Shown in pieces: positions 9,572-18,767 of a stretch of 64,000 nt of DNA (positions are counted from its first letter, which is position 1; the number at the start of each line of letters is the position of its first letter). A program made the position numbers and the translations under genes. Under the pieces are notes generated by a model, which saw nothing but the letters and a program-made list of their open reading frames with translations, searched no databases and was not told the origin of the DNA. Source of the DNA: an uncultured Gammaproteobacteria bacterium (lineage in GTDB: Bacteria > Patescibacteriota > Patescibacteriia > Magasanikbacterales > UBA922); assembly GCA_964522435.1 (NCBI GenBank), contig CAZFUL010000004.1, positions 54,360 through 118,359 of the forward strand, read 5' to 3'.

Positions 9572-12301
9572 ATGAAAGATTTGCCAAAGGCCTACGAGCC
9601 AAAACTCTACGAAGATGATATTTATAAACAATGGGAAGAAAGTGGATTATTTAATCCAGATGTTTGTGTTGAAAAAGGTGTCACGAAACAAGATGCGAAG
9701 GCCTTTAGTATTGTCTTACCACCGCCCAATGTGACGGGAACCCTGCATATGGGCCATGCGGCGATGCTTGCGATTGAAGACGTTATGATTCGCTACCACC
9801 GGATGAAAGGGGATAAAACCTTGTGGTTGCCAGGGACAGATCATGCAGCGATTGCGACAGAATCAAAAGTAGAAAAATTGCTTATTGATGCGGGAACAGA
9901 AAAACCAAAAGAAATTCTTGGGCGTGTTGAGTTTTTGAAAAAAGTCGATGTCTTTGCGCAAGAATCTCACGACACCATTGTTGGGCAGGCAAAAAAAATG
10001 GGTGCTTCGCTCGATTGGACCAGAGAAGCGTTTACCTTAGACGAGGTGCGCAATAAAGCGGTACGAAGCGTCTTTAAAAAAATGTACGATGATGGACTTA
10101 TTTATCGTGGGGATCGCATTGTCAATTGGGATCCAAAAATGCAATCAAATGTTGCGGATGATGAAATTGAATATAAAGAAGAACAAAGTGAATTTTACTA
10201 TTTTCAGTATGGGCCGTTTGTTATTGGGACGGCTCGCCCAGAAACAAAATTTGGTGATAAATATGTCATCATGCATCCAAGTGATGAACGCTACGCGAAA
10301 TACAACCATGGCGACATCTTTACTTGTGAGTGGATTAATGGACCAATTACGGCAACAATTATTAAAGATGAGGCGGTAGACCCTACCTTTGGTACGGGAG
10401 TTATGACTATTACGCCTTGGCACTCCGTGGTGGATTTTGAATTAGCAGAAAAATACAAGCTTGATAAAGAGCAAATTATTGATATGGATGGACGATTGCT
10501 CCCTATTGCGGGTGCCTTTGCTGGCATACCAATAGCCGAGGCACGAAAAAAGATTGTTGAACATTTAGACAAAAAAGGATTAGTCGTAAACATAGAAAAA
10601 AATTACGTTCATAATGTTGCCGTAAATTATCGTGGTGGGGGAGTAGTAGAACCGCAAGTTCGCAAACAATGGTTTATTGATGTGAACAAAAAATTTGTTC
10701 TACCACACTCACAGATTACAGGCATTCACCATGGTCAAGAAGTAACGCTAAAAGAATTGATGCAAACGGTTGTTCATAATAAACAGGTTAGCATTCTTCC
10801 AGAGCGATTTGAAAAAACCTATTTTCATTGGATAGATAATTTGCGTGACTGGTGTATTAGTCGCCAAATTTGGTATGGTCATCAAATTCCCGTGTGGTAC
10901 AAAGGAGAAGAGATATTTGTTGGTGATGCTGCACCAGAAGGTGATGGATGGACACAAGATCCGGATACCCTTGATACTTGGTTTTCTGCTGGACTTTGGA
11001 GCTTTTCTACCCTGCTCGATAAAGACATGAAAGAGGGAGAAACATTTGAAGAGTGGGTTGCCCGCTCAACGGACTTGAAAGATTTTCACCCAACATCTGT
11101 CCTTGAAACAGGCTATGATATTCTGTTCTTTTGGGTTGCCCGCATGATTTTAATGACCACCTACACCCTTGGCCAAATACCGTTTGAAACAGTGTATCTA
11201 CATGGCTTAGTGCGAGATGATCAAGGAAGAAAAATGAGTAAGACGCTCGGCAATATCATCAACCCCCTCGACATGATTGAAAAATATGGGACAGATGCAA
11301 CCCGTCTTTCTCTGTTGATTGGCTCAACACCAGGAAATGATGTCAAATTGTCTGAAGAAAAAATTGCAGGATTTAGAAATTTTACGAATAAATTGTGGAA
11401 TATCAGTCGGTTTATTTTGTTGAATATTGACCAGCCTAAAAAAGATGTAGAATTGCCAGAAATTAAAACATTAGCTGATGCAGCGATTCTTTCCAACCTA
11501 GGGAATCTTTTGCTTTCAAGTCTTATTGAAACACATAGGTATTCTGCTGCGGGCGAAGAATTAAGAGATTTTACTTGGAATGAACTTGCTGATAAATATT
11601 TAGAAATTGCAAAATTTGAAGAAAATAAATCAGAAGTACTTAACTATGTACTTAATACAATTTTAAAATTGTGGCATCCCTTCATGCCATTTGTTACTGA
11701 GGCAATTTGGAAAGAAATATATGGTGAAGACGAAATGTTGATGGTTGAACAATGGCCAGTTATTAATATACCACATTCTCCTTCTATCTTAGATGCGTAT
11801 AACGAATATATTAGACTTGATTATTATCCTCAGGACGTCCAGAATCTTTGGCAGAATCTTTGGGATGTAATTACCTCTATTCGTTCTCTTCGTTCTGAAA
11901 AAGGAATAGCTCCTTCCGTCAAATTATCTGTATATATTATTACAAAGGAATACCAAACATTATTTGAAAAAAATAAATCAGTTATTGAAAAATTAGCTCG
12001 ATTAGAATCACTTTCGGTCGTATCAGAATTAGAAAAGACAACAAGTATCGCTTCGGTAGTTGTTGGTGCGTCTGAAGTTTGTATTGACTTTAAGGGGGCA
12101 ATTGACCTTTCTGCTGAAAAGATTCGTATCCAAAAAGAAATCGACCACGTTGCTCCGTATGTTACGGCGCAAGAAAAAAAATTGGCAGGAGATTTCGCAA
12201 AGAACGCACCGGAAGCCATTGTCGAAAAAGAACGACAAAAATTACAAGAAGCCCAAGAAAAATTACAGCTTTTACAAACACAACTTGATCAATTGAAATA
12301 A
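9572..12301 (+). CDS. valS: Valyl-tRNA synthetase
   Basis: PPPNVTGTLHMGH, DWCISRQIWYGHQIP, KMSK, C-terminal coiled coil (APEAIVEKER). Confidence 0.97.
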   Translation: MKDLPKAYEPKLYEDDIYKQWEESGLFNPDVCVEKGVTKQDAKAFSIVLPPPNVTGTLHMGHAAMLAIEDVMIRYHRMKGDKTLWLPGTDHAAIATESKVEKLLIDAGTEKPKEILGRVEFLKKVDVFAQESHDTIVGQAKKMGASLDWTREAFTLDEVRNKAVRSVFKKMYDDGLIYRGDRIVNWDPKMQSNVADDEIEYKEEQSEFYYFQYGPFVIGTARPETKFGDKYVIMHPSDERYAKYNHGDIFTCEWINGPITATIIKDEAVDPTFGTGVMTITPWHSVVDFELAEKYKLDKEQIIDMDGRLLPIAGAFAGIPIAEARKKIVEHLDKKGLVVNIEKNYVHNVAVNYRGGGVVEPQVRKQWFIDVNKKFVLPHSQITGIHHGQEVTLKELMQTVVHNKQVSILPERFEKTYFHWIDNLRDWCISRQIWYGHQIPVWYKGEEIFVGDAAPEGDGWTQDPDTLDTWFSAGLWSFSTLLDKDMKEGETFEEWVARSTDLKDFHPTSVLETGYDILFFWVARMILMTTYTLGQIPFETVYLHGLVRDDQGRKMSKTLGNIINPLDMIEKYGTDATRLSLLIGSTPGNDVKLSEEKIAGFRNFTNKLWNISRFILLNIDQPKKDVELPEIKTLADAAILSNLGNLLLSSLIETHRYSAAGEELRDFTWNELADKYLEIAKFEENKSEVLNYVLNTILKLWHPFMPFVTEAIWKEIYGEDEMLMVEQWPVINIPHSPSILDAYNEYIRLDYYPQDVQNLWQNLWDVITSIRSLRSEKGIAPSVKLSVYIITKEYQTLFEKNKSVIEKLARLESLSVVSELEKTTSIASVVVGASEVCIDFKGAIDLSAEKIRIQKEIDHVAPYVTAQEKKLAGDFAKNAPEAIVEKERQKLQEAQEKLQLLQTQLDQLK

Positions 12302-12302
12302 T

Positions 12303-13550
12303 ATGTCTGTATCCACAAACAAAGAACAGATTGCCGCACTTCTTAGCCGGGGAGTAGATGAAATTATTGGCAAAGAAGACTTAGAAAAAAAATTACAGAG
12401 TGGCAAACAACTCCGTATTAAGTTAGGGATAGATCCAACCAGCCCACATTTGCATTTGGGGCGCTCTATTCCCTTATTAAAATTGCGTGACTTTCAAGAA
12501 CTTGGTCACAAGATTGTGTTTATCATTGGCAATTTTACCGGCGTCATTGGCGATACCTCTGATAAAGACAGTGAACGCCCGATGCTTGAAGACAATACGA
12601 TTGCGCATAATATGAAAGAATATGCGGCACAAGCAGGAAAAATTATTGATTTAGATCAATGTGAAGTACGCTACAATAGTGAATGGTTATCATCACTCAC
12701 CTACGGAGAAATTGGCCGACAAGCGAATGCCTTTTCTGTTGCAGAATTTATTGCCCGCGATAATATTAAACGTCGGCTTGATGATGGAAAGCGAGTATCA
12801 TTGCGCGAAATGTTGTACCCCTTAATGCAAGGCTATGATTCTGTGGCGGTACAGGCAGATGTAGAATTGGGTGGAACAGATCAACGCTTTAATTTGCTTG
12901 CGGGCAGAGTGTTGCAGCAAGAATACAAACAAGAACCACAAGCCATTATCATGGGGCCACTTGTTGAAGGAACAGACGGGCGTAAGATGAGTTCTAGTTG
13001 GGGGAATACCATCAATGTCACAGAATCTCCCAATGAGATGTTTGGCAAAGTGATGAGCATTCAAGATGAATTAATTATCAAATACTTTAGCCTTATGACG
13101 CGTGTGCCTATGGAATTGGTACAGCAATATGCACAAGACATGAAAGAGGGCGCGAATCCAAAAGAATATAAAATGAAATTAGGATTTGAACTTGTGCGAT
13201 TTTACCATTCAGAAGAAGCCGCACATTTAGCCAATGCCTATTTTATTGACACCTTTGCAAATAAACAAATTCCTACAGAAATGCCTTTGATTAGACCTCA
13301 AAACTATAAGTTGATACCTACTTTGGTTGAGAGTGGTCTTGCAAAAAGTACTTCAGATGCATTACGTTTAATTTCTGGTGGAGGCATTAAGGTTAATGGA
13401 AAAAAAGTGTTTCCTTTTGTTCCTGTTAGTGAATTTAACGAGGATGGATCTGTCCCCGGTTATGATTTAAAACCAGGAGATACTGTTCAAAATTTGGAAC
13501 CAGGGGATATTATCCAAAAAGGAAAACGATTTTTTGTCCGAATCACGTAA
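12303..13550 (+). CDS. tyrS: Tyrosyl-tRNA synthetase
   Basis: GIDPTSPHLHLG, YPLMQGYD, GGTDQRFN, KMSSS, S4 domain. Confidence 0.97.
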   Translation: MSVSTNKEQIAALLSRGVDEIIGKEDLEKKLQSGKQLRIKLGIDPTSPHLHLGRSIPLLKLRDFQELGHKIVFIIGNFTGVIGDTSDKDSERPMLEDNTIAHNMKEYAAQAGKIIDLDQCEVRYNSEWLSSLTYGEIGRQANAFSVAEFIARDNIKRRLDDGKRVSLREMLYPLMQGYDSVAVQADVELGGTDQRFNLLAGRVLQQEYKQEPQAIIMGPLVEGTDGRKMSSSWGNTINVTESPNEMFGKVMSIQDELIIKYFSLMTRVPMELVQQYAQDMKEGANPKEYKMKLGFELVRFYHSEEAAHLANAYFIDTFANKQIPTEMPLIRPQNYKLIPTLVESGLAKSTSDALRLISGGGIKVNGKKVFPFVPVSEFNEDGSVPGYDLKPGDTVQNLEPGDIIQKGKRFFVRIT

Positions 13551-13566
13551 TAGTTTATCTGTAATT

Positions 13567-15279
13567 ATGTTAGAACAACACCTTATTCAGCTTCTCACAT
13601 CCCTCGGTATTCCTGAGCCGTTGCAGTTATCAAAACCTCCCAAACAAGACATGGGCGACTATGCCTTTGCCTGTTTTGATATTGCCAAACAAACAGGAAA
13701 AAACCCTGCGGAGTATGCAAAGGAATTAGTTGAAAAAATACAAGAACAACACAATCCTCTTATTACCAAAGTGCAGGCATTTGGCCCGTATGTGAATTTC
13801 TTTTTGAATATAGAAGAGCTTGCCTTGCAGCTGCTTGCTGACATTCATACGCAAGGAAATAACTACGGAAAGCATTCTATCGGAAAAGGAAAAACATACC
13901 TTATTGAATTTGGTTGCCCGAATCCCTTGAAGGCGTTTCATTTAGGACATTTAAAAAATCTTATTACTGGTGAATCAGTGGCACGATTATTTGAACAGGG
14001 AGGCTACACGGTCGTACGGGTAAATTACCAAGGTGATGTCGGGATGCATGTGGCCAAAGCCTTATGGGGAATAGTTGATTGGAAAGAACAATTTGATGTT
14101 ATGGCCGAGATGCCACTCACGCAACGGGTGGAATTTTTAGGCAAAGCCTATGCGCATGGAGCTGCACACTATGAAAAAGATGATGCGTCAAAACAGGAAG
14201 TTGTGGCATATAATGATAAAGTATACGAAGAAGATCCATCAATACAAGAGATATATACAAAAGCGCGTGCATGGAGTTTGGCCTATTTTGATGATATTTA
14301 TACACGCATGGATACCCGTTTTGATCATTTTTATTTTGAATCACAAACAGCAATGCCAGGAATCGCATTGGTAAAAGAATATCAAACAAAACAGGTATTT
14401 GAAGAAGGAGAAGGGGGAGCGATTATTTTTCCTGGATCACGCTACGGCTTGCATGATCGGGTGTTTATTAATGGCAAAGGCTATCCAACCTACGAGGCAA
14501 AAGAAGTTGCCTTGGCGCAAGAACATTTTAAACAACAACCAGATAAAATTATTCACGTTGTTGGAAAAGAACAAACTGAATATTTTAAAGTAGTTATTGC
14601 AGCAATTGAACAAGTATTTCCAGATAAACAGGGAATTGAATATCACCTCCCTGGTGGCTTTTTGCAGTTAAAGGGAGAAGAAAAAATGAGTTCCCGTAAA
14701 GGAAATATTATTACTGGTGATGAGCTCATTGCCTTGGTAGAAGAAAAAATTGCTCGTCTCATGCGTGAGCAAGAAAAAGATACGGTAACACAAATAGATG
14801 ATAGCCAAGTACACACTATTGCGGCAGCCGCGTTAAAATATGCCATGTTAAAAGCAGATATTACGAAAGATATTGCGTTTGATATGGATGAGTCTGTCTC
14901 TACGAGTGGGGATAGTGGCCCATATTTATTATATACGGTTGCCCGCATTAATAGCATGTTAGCAAAAAACACTGCTGATACTGTAGCAATGCCCTTGGTT
15001 GTTCCAGATAGCTTGCATGATGAAGAAAAACAATTAGTCTTTATGTTGGCTGAATATCCGCAAACGGTTAACAAAGCACTCGAACACTATGATCCGTCTT
15101 TTGTTGCCAAATATCTTTTCTCGTTGGCGCAGGCATTTCACCGATTTTATGCTGCTTGTCCCGTATTGACAAGCGACCCTATTGAAAAACGCTTTCGTGT
15201 AGCGCTCGTTGAGAGTATTCAACAAACCATGACCAATGGCTTACATATTTTGGGGATTAAGACGGTATCCTCAATGTAA
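13567..15279 (+). CDS. argS: Arginyl-tRNA synthetase
   Basis: GDYA, GPYVNF, PNPLKAFHLGH, KMSSRKG, GDSGPYLLYTVARINS. Confidence 0.96.
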   Translation: MLEQHLIQLLTSLGIPEPLQLSKPPKQDMGDYAFACFDIAKQTGKNPAEYAKELVEKIQEQHNPLITKVQAFGPYVNFFLNIEELALQLLADIHTQGNNYGKHSIGKGKTYLIEFGCPNPLKAFHLGHLKNLITGESVARLFEQGGYTVVRVNYQGDVGMHVAKALWGIVDWKEQFDVMAEMPLTQRVEFLGKAYAHGAAHYEKDDASKQEVVAYNDKVYEEDPSIQEIYTKARAWSLAYFDDIYTRMDTRFDHFYFESQTAMPGIALVKEYQTKQVFEEGEGGAIIFPGSRYGLHDRVFINGKGYPTYEAKEVALAQEHFKQQPDKIIHVVGKEQTEYFKVVIAAIEQVFPDKQGIEYHLPGGFLQLKGEEKMSSRKGNIITGDELIALVEEKIARLMREQEKDTVTQIDDSQVHTIAAAALKYAMLKADITKDIAFDMDESVSTSGDSGPYLLYTVARINSMLAKNTADTVAMPLVVPDSLHDEEKQLVFMLAEYPQTVNKALEHYDPSFVAKYLFSLAQAFHRFYAACPVLTSDPIEKRFRVALVESIQQTMTNGLHILGIKTVSSM

Positions 15280-15357
15280 CTAGTACTAAGCTATTGACAT
15301 AGTATTTATTTGTGCTATATCTTGTAGTGAGGGGATTTTTTATTTAACCTGTTTTAT

Positions 15358-15885
15358 ATGGATATTCACGTTGTTACCGGAAAAGGAGAAGGAACGACAT
15401 TGCTTTCTTCTTTTGATGCTGCGCTTAAAGATTCTGGTGTTTATAATTATAATTTAATTTACTTATCTTCGGTTGTCCCGCCACAAGCAAAGATTCAAGA
15501 TATTGGAAAATTGTTTGATCAACCAGGTATTCATGGCGATCGATTGTATGTGGTTATTGCAAGAGAGCAAAGTGATGTGGTTGGCACAGTGATTGGATCA
15601 GCGGTTGGTTGGTATCAGTTTGATAGTAGTGGCGCGGGTGTATTTGTGGAACATCATATACAAGGAACCCACATGGCCGATGTCTCTACGGAGTTAGAAC
15701 GACTTATTACCTATTCTGTTCGTGATCTTTGTCATGGACGCGGTATTCCCTTTGAAAAAGAAAAATGTCATTCAGCATTGTCTGTTATGACGGTGCAAAA
15801 TAGACCGGCAACAGTATGTGTCTTAGCGGTATTTCAACATGAACCTTGGCGACAACAACACAATTCCCACGTTTCCGGTGTTTAA
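15358..15885 (+). CDS. Pyruvoyl-dependent arginine decarboxylase
   Basis: G.GEG.T.LSSFDAAL..GVYNYNLIYLSSVVPP with the Ser-Ser autocleavage site. Confidence 0.88.
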   Translation: MDIHVVTGKGEGTTLLSSFDAALKDSGVYNYNLIYLSSVVPPQAKIQDIGKLFDQPGIHGDRLYVVIAREQSDVVGTVIGSAVGWYQFDSSGAGVFVEHHIQGTHMADVSTELERLITYSVRDLCHGRGIPFEKEKCHSALSVMTVQNRPATVCVLAVFQHEPWRQQHNSHVSGV

Positions 15886-16792
15886 AAAATTATTATTAAG
15901 CGATCGTGAATTTTTTATCGAGTATACTCGTCGCTTTTTGCCATATTCAGATAGTAATTTTACCAGTCTTTGGACCTGGAATATTGAAGAACAAGTGGAA
16001 ATAAGTATATTGAACGGCAATTTGGTTATTCTTTTTCAAGATTATCTTACCAGAGAGCCGTTTTTTTATTTTATGGGGACCGAGCAGGTAGTGGAAACGA
16101 TAACAACCTTATTAGCGGAAGCGGCAAAACGGGGGTATACACCACAATTAAAATTAATTGGGCAAGAAGTAATTACGGCATTGCAACAAGAAATACAAGG
16201 GAACAATTCCCTTTCTTTTATCTATAGCGAAGATGAAGATCAACATGATTATGTGTACGATATGCAGCTGCTGAGTACTATGTCAGGAAAAAAATTACGC
16301 GGAAAAAAGAATTTTATTAATCGTTTTGAAAAAGTATACGCACAAGAAGCAAAGATTATCCGTTTAGATCTATCTGATAAAGCAATTCAAGAAAAAATTA
16401 TTCGTCTCTTTTTACGCTGGGCAAATGAGTCACAACAAGATACAACCGAAACAGCAAATGAACTGCAAGCTATCGGTCGATTATTGCTTCATCAAGATCA
16501 GTTTTCTTTGCATGCCGTGGGTATTTTTATTGATAGTGAATTGATTGCGTTTGCGATTAACGAATTTGTTACAGAAGAGTACGTTATTAATCATTATCAA
16601 AAAGCAATAACCAGCTATGTTGGCGTGTATCCATTTTTAATGCAGGCCATGAATCAGTGTTATGTGCAAAAAGGGTATCGCTACATGAATGCAGAACAAG
16701 ATTTAGGCCTCCCTGGGTTACGAAAATCAAAACAAGCCTATCAACCAATTTTTCAATTAAAAAAATATCGTATTACTTCAGCCACCGAGTAG
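15839..16792 (+). CDS. DUF2156 / MprF C-terminal-like aminoacyl-tRNA-dependent transferase (soluble)
   Basis: SD.NF..L..W, DYVY, GKK...KKN.INRF, H..KA...GVY, MNAEQDLGLPGLRKSK..Y.P. Confidence 0.85.
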   Translation: MNLGDNNTIPTFPVFKKLLLSDREFFIEYTRRFLPYSDSNFTSLWTWNIEEQVEISILNGNLVILFQDYLTREPFFYFMGTEQVVETITTLLAEAAKRGYTPQLKLIGQEVITALQQEIQGNNSLSFIYSEDEDQHDYVYDMQLLSTMSGKKLRGKKNFINRFEKVYAQEAKIIRLDLSDKAIQEKIIRLFLRWANESQQDTTETANELQAIGRLLLHQDQFSLHAVGIFIDSELIAFAINEFVTEEYVINHYQKAITSYVGVYPFLMQAMNQCYVQKGYRYMNAEQDLGLPGLRKSKQAYQPIFQLKKYRITSATE

Positions 16793-16794
16793 GG

Positions 16795-16854
16795 TTGACA
16801 GAAATGGCATACTTTGCTAGCCTCTCTTCGCCAATCACGGCAACACACAAGGAG
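16795..16854 (+). promoter_or_regulatory. Promoter and Shine-Dalgarno of GC-rich cassette 1
   Basis: TTGACA-N17-(TGc)TAGCCT; AAGGAG at 16849-16854, 7 nt before ATG. Confidence 0.6.
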
Positions 16855-16861
16855 AAGCTCA

Positions 16862-17479
16862 ATGAGCTTGGCTGACATTGGATTTATCATGGTGTTGTTG
16901 TTCACCTTGCCCGAAGTTTGGGCAGAGTGGCTGCAAGGCCGGCGCATCCGATCGATGCAAACGGGCACCTCGGTGCCGGTGAGCACCAACTCCATTGACA
17001 TCGCAACCTTTTTTGCGTCGGCGATCTATGGATTGTTGTATCCGGGGTTCAGCTGGGCGTACTTTCTCAACGGTCTGTTGACTGGGCTGGCCTTTTTCTA
17101 CGTCGGTGTTGGACTCCGCAAGTATCGTCGTGCCACGTGGCGAAACTACGTACTGGATCTATTCCTCATCGGAAATTTAATCCTGATGGTCGTCGTGGAC
17201 CAAGGCAATCGCGAACTGCTCATGACGGGGTTTTTGCTCTATACCTTGATTGGCGAGAGCAAACTGCTTCATGAACTCTGGCGCGATGGACGAGGCGCGG
17301 TTGAGTTCAAGAAGGTTATGACCTGGTTGGTGAGCAACATCTCGTTCACCATCTATGGCTATGCAATACAAGACCCAGTGTTTTTGTATTGTTGCGGCGC
17401 CATCTCAGTGGTGCAAGCCATCCAGGTCGTCGTGTATCTTCGCGCACCACCACGCGAAGAAGAATCATCTGCGAGCTAA
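16862..17479 (+). CDS. GC-rich polytopic membrane protein, PQ-loop/SWEET-like two-repeat architecture
   Basis: About 6-7 hydrophobic segments; repeated pattern ending ..IYG....; GC-rich codons; strong SD. Confidence 0.55.
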   Translation: MSLADIGFIMVLLFTLPEVWAEWLQGRRIRSMQTGTSVPVSTNSIDIATFFASAIYGLLYPGFSWAYFLNGLLTGLAFFYVGVGLRKYRRATWRNYVLDLFLIGNLILMVVVDQGNRELLMTGFLLYTLIGESKLLHELWRDGRGAVEFKKVMTWLVSNISFTIYGYAIQDPVFLYCCGAISVVQAIQVVVYLRAPPREEESSAS

Positions 17480-17605
17480 GGCTCGTGTAGGAGTTGAAGC
17501 CATTGTGTTCAGGGTGGGGACACAATGGCTTCCCGAGGTTCCTTGTTTTTTCTCCATGTGCTATACTCTCTTTAGAATAATTATATTTAATTTATTGTAA
17601 GGGGT

Positions 17606-18427
17606 ATGTTGCACATTGCAAAAGACAGATACACCAAATTCATTATAGTTTGGGGAGCGCTCATGACAATATGGTGGTTGGTATTACACGCAGGAACCTT
17701 TAGTGAAAATCAATATTTAATTTTTGGTGCGGTATACGGAACCATTATTACCTTATTTGTTTCTTTGTTTGGTTTTTCTACCGCAAAATATTGGGGAGGC
17801 ATGAAAAGCATCATGGGCAAAGCAATATTTTTTCTTTCTGCCGGGGTATTTGCGCAATTTTTGGGTCAGTTAGTATTTAGCTTTTATAATATTATTTTAG
17901 GGGTCGAAGTACCCTACCCGTCTCTTGCTGATATTGGTTATTTTGGCAACATTCCGCTGTATGTGTTAGGAATTATCTATTTGGCACAGGCATCTGGATT
18001 AAAGTTGTCGTTGAAATCATTTGGATCAAAACTGCAAGCCGTATTTATTCCTATTATCATGATTGCTATTTCATATACGCTCTTTTTGCGCGAGTATGAT
18101 TTTGCGTCAAGTGATTTACTGACCATGGTATTAGATTTTGGCTATCCGATTGGACAGGGATTATATTTATCTATTGCCCTTGTTACCTATAGTTTGTCTG
18201 TAAAAACGCTTGGTGGTATTATGCGCAGCCGCATTGTATTTATTCTGGCTGCCTTTGTTATGCAATATTTAGCTGATTTTAACTTTCTATATCAACATCT
18301 GGTTGGCACCTGGTATAACGGTGGGTATGGTGATTATTTGTATCTTATCGCATATGTGTTTATGGGAATTGGTTTATTCCAATTGAGAGTAACCGCCCAA
18401 GCATTACGTGCTGAAGAAAAAAAATAA
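17606..18427 (+). CDS. Polytopic membrane protein (putative membrane sensor module)
   Basis: 7-8 TM segments, PYPSLADIGYF motif; upstream of a histidine kinase. Confidence 0.65.
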   Translation: MLHIAKDRYTKFIIVWGALMTIWWLVLHAGTFSENQYLIFGAVYGTIITLFVSLFGFSTAKYWGGMKSIMGKAIFFLSAGVFAQFLGQLVFSFYNIILGVEVPYPSLADIGYFGNIPLYVLGIIYLAQASGLKLSLKSFGSKLQAVFIPIIMIAISYTLFLREYDFASSDLLTMVLDFGYPIGQGLYLSIALVTYSLSVKTLGGIMRSRIVFILAAFVMQYLADFNFLYQHLVGTWYNGGYGDYLYLIAYVFMGIGLFQLRVTAQALRAEEKK

Positions 18428-18436
18428 TACTAAGCT

Positions 18437-18715
18437 ATGGATAGCATATACGAAAAAATCATTCGTGAAATCATCAAACAGCAAGAGATGATTGTTGGCT
18501 CATTAGCGTGGACCGAAGCAAAAAAAGTAGATGGGTTAGAAATTGCCGATGGACAGCTGGTGCGGGTTCAAGGAAATGATGAGAAAGTATTAGGCTTATT
18601 AGTCGAACAATATAAGCGTTTGTTTGGTCTTGCCTCTGTTGCGGTCTGTAAGGATGCGGTGAAATCATTATCAAATGAAACAAAGGATGTTCGACTTCCA
18701 GACATCTTAAAATAA
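18437..18715 (+). CDS. Small soluble hypothetical protein in the signalling operon
   Basis: 92-aa ORF tightly coupled between the membrane protein and the kinase. Confidence 0.7.
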   Translation: MDSIYEKIIREIIKQQEMIVGSLAWTEAKKVDGLEIADGQLVRVQGNDEKVLGLLVEQYKRLFGLASVAVCKDAVKSLSNETKDVRLPDILK

Positions 18716-18767
18716 TATCTATCGTGAACATAGTTCCCATTTCTTATAACAGACTGCTATTTTTTCT

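Noticed and set aside
11839-11863. 12-nt tandem duplication CAGAATCTTTGG (QNLW x2) in valS
   Set aside because: In-frame micro-duplication in a variable linker; no functional evidence
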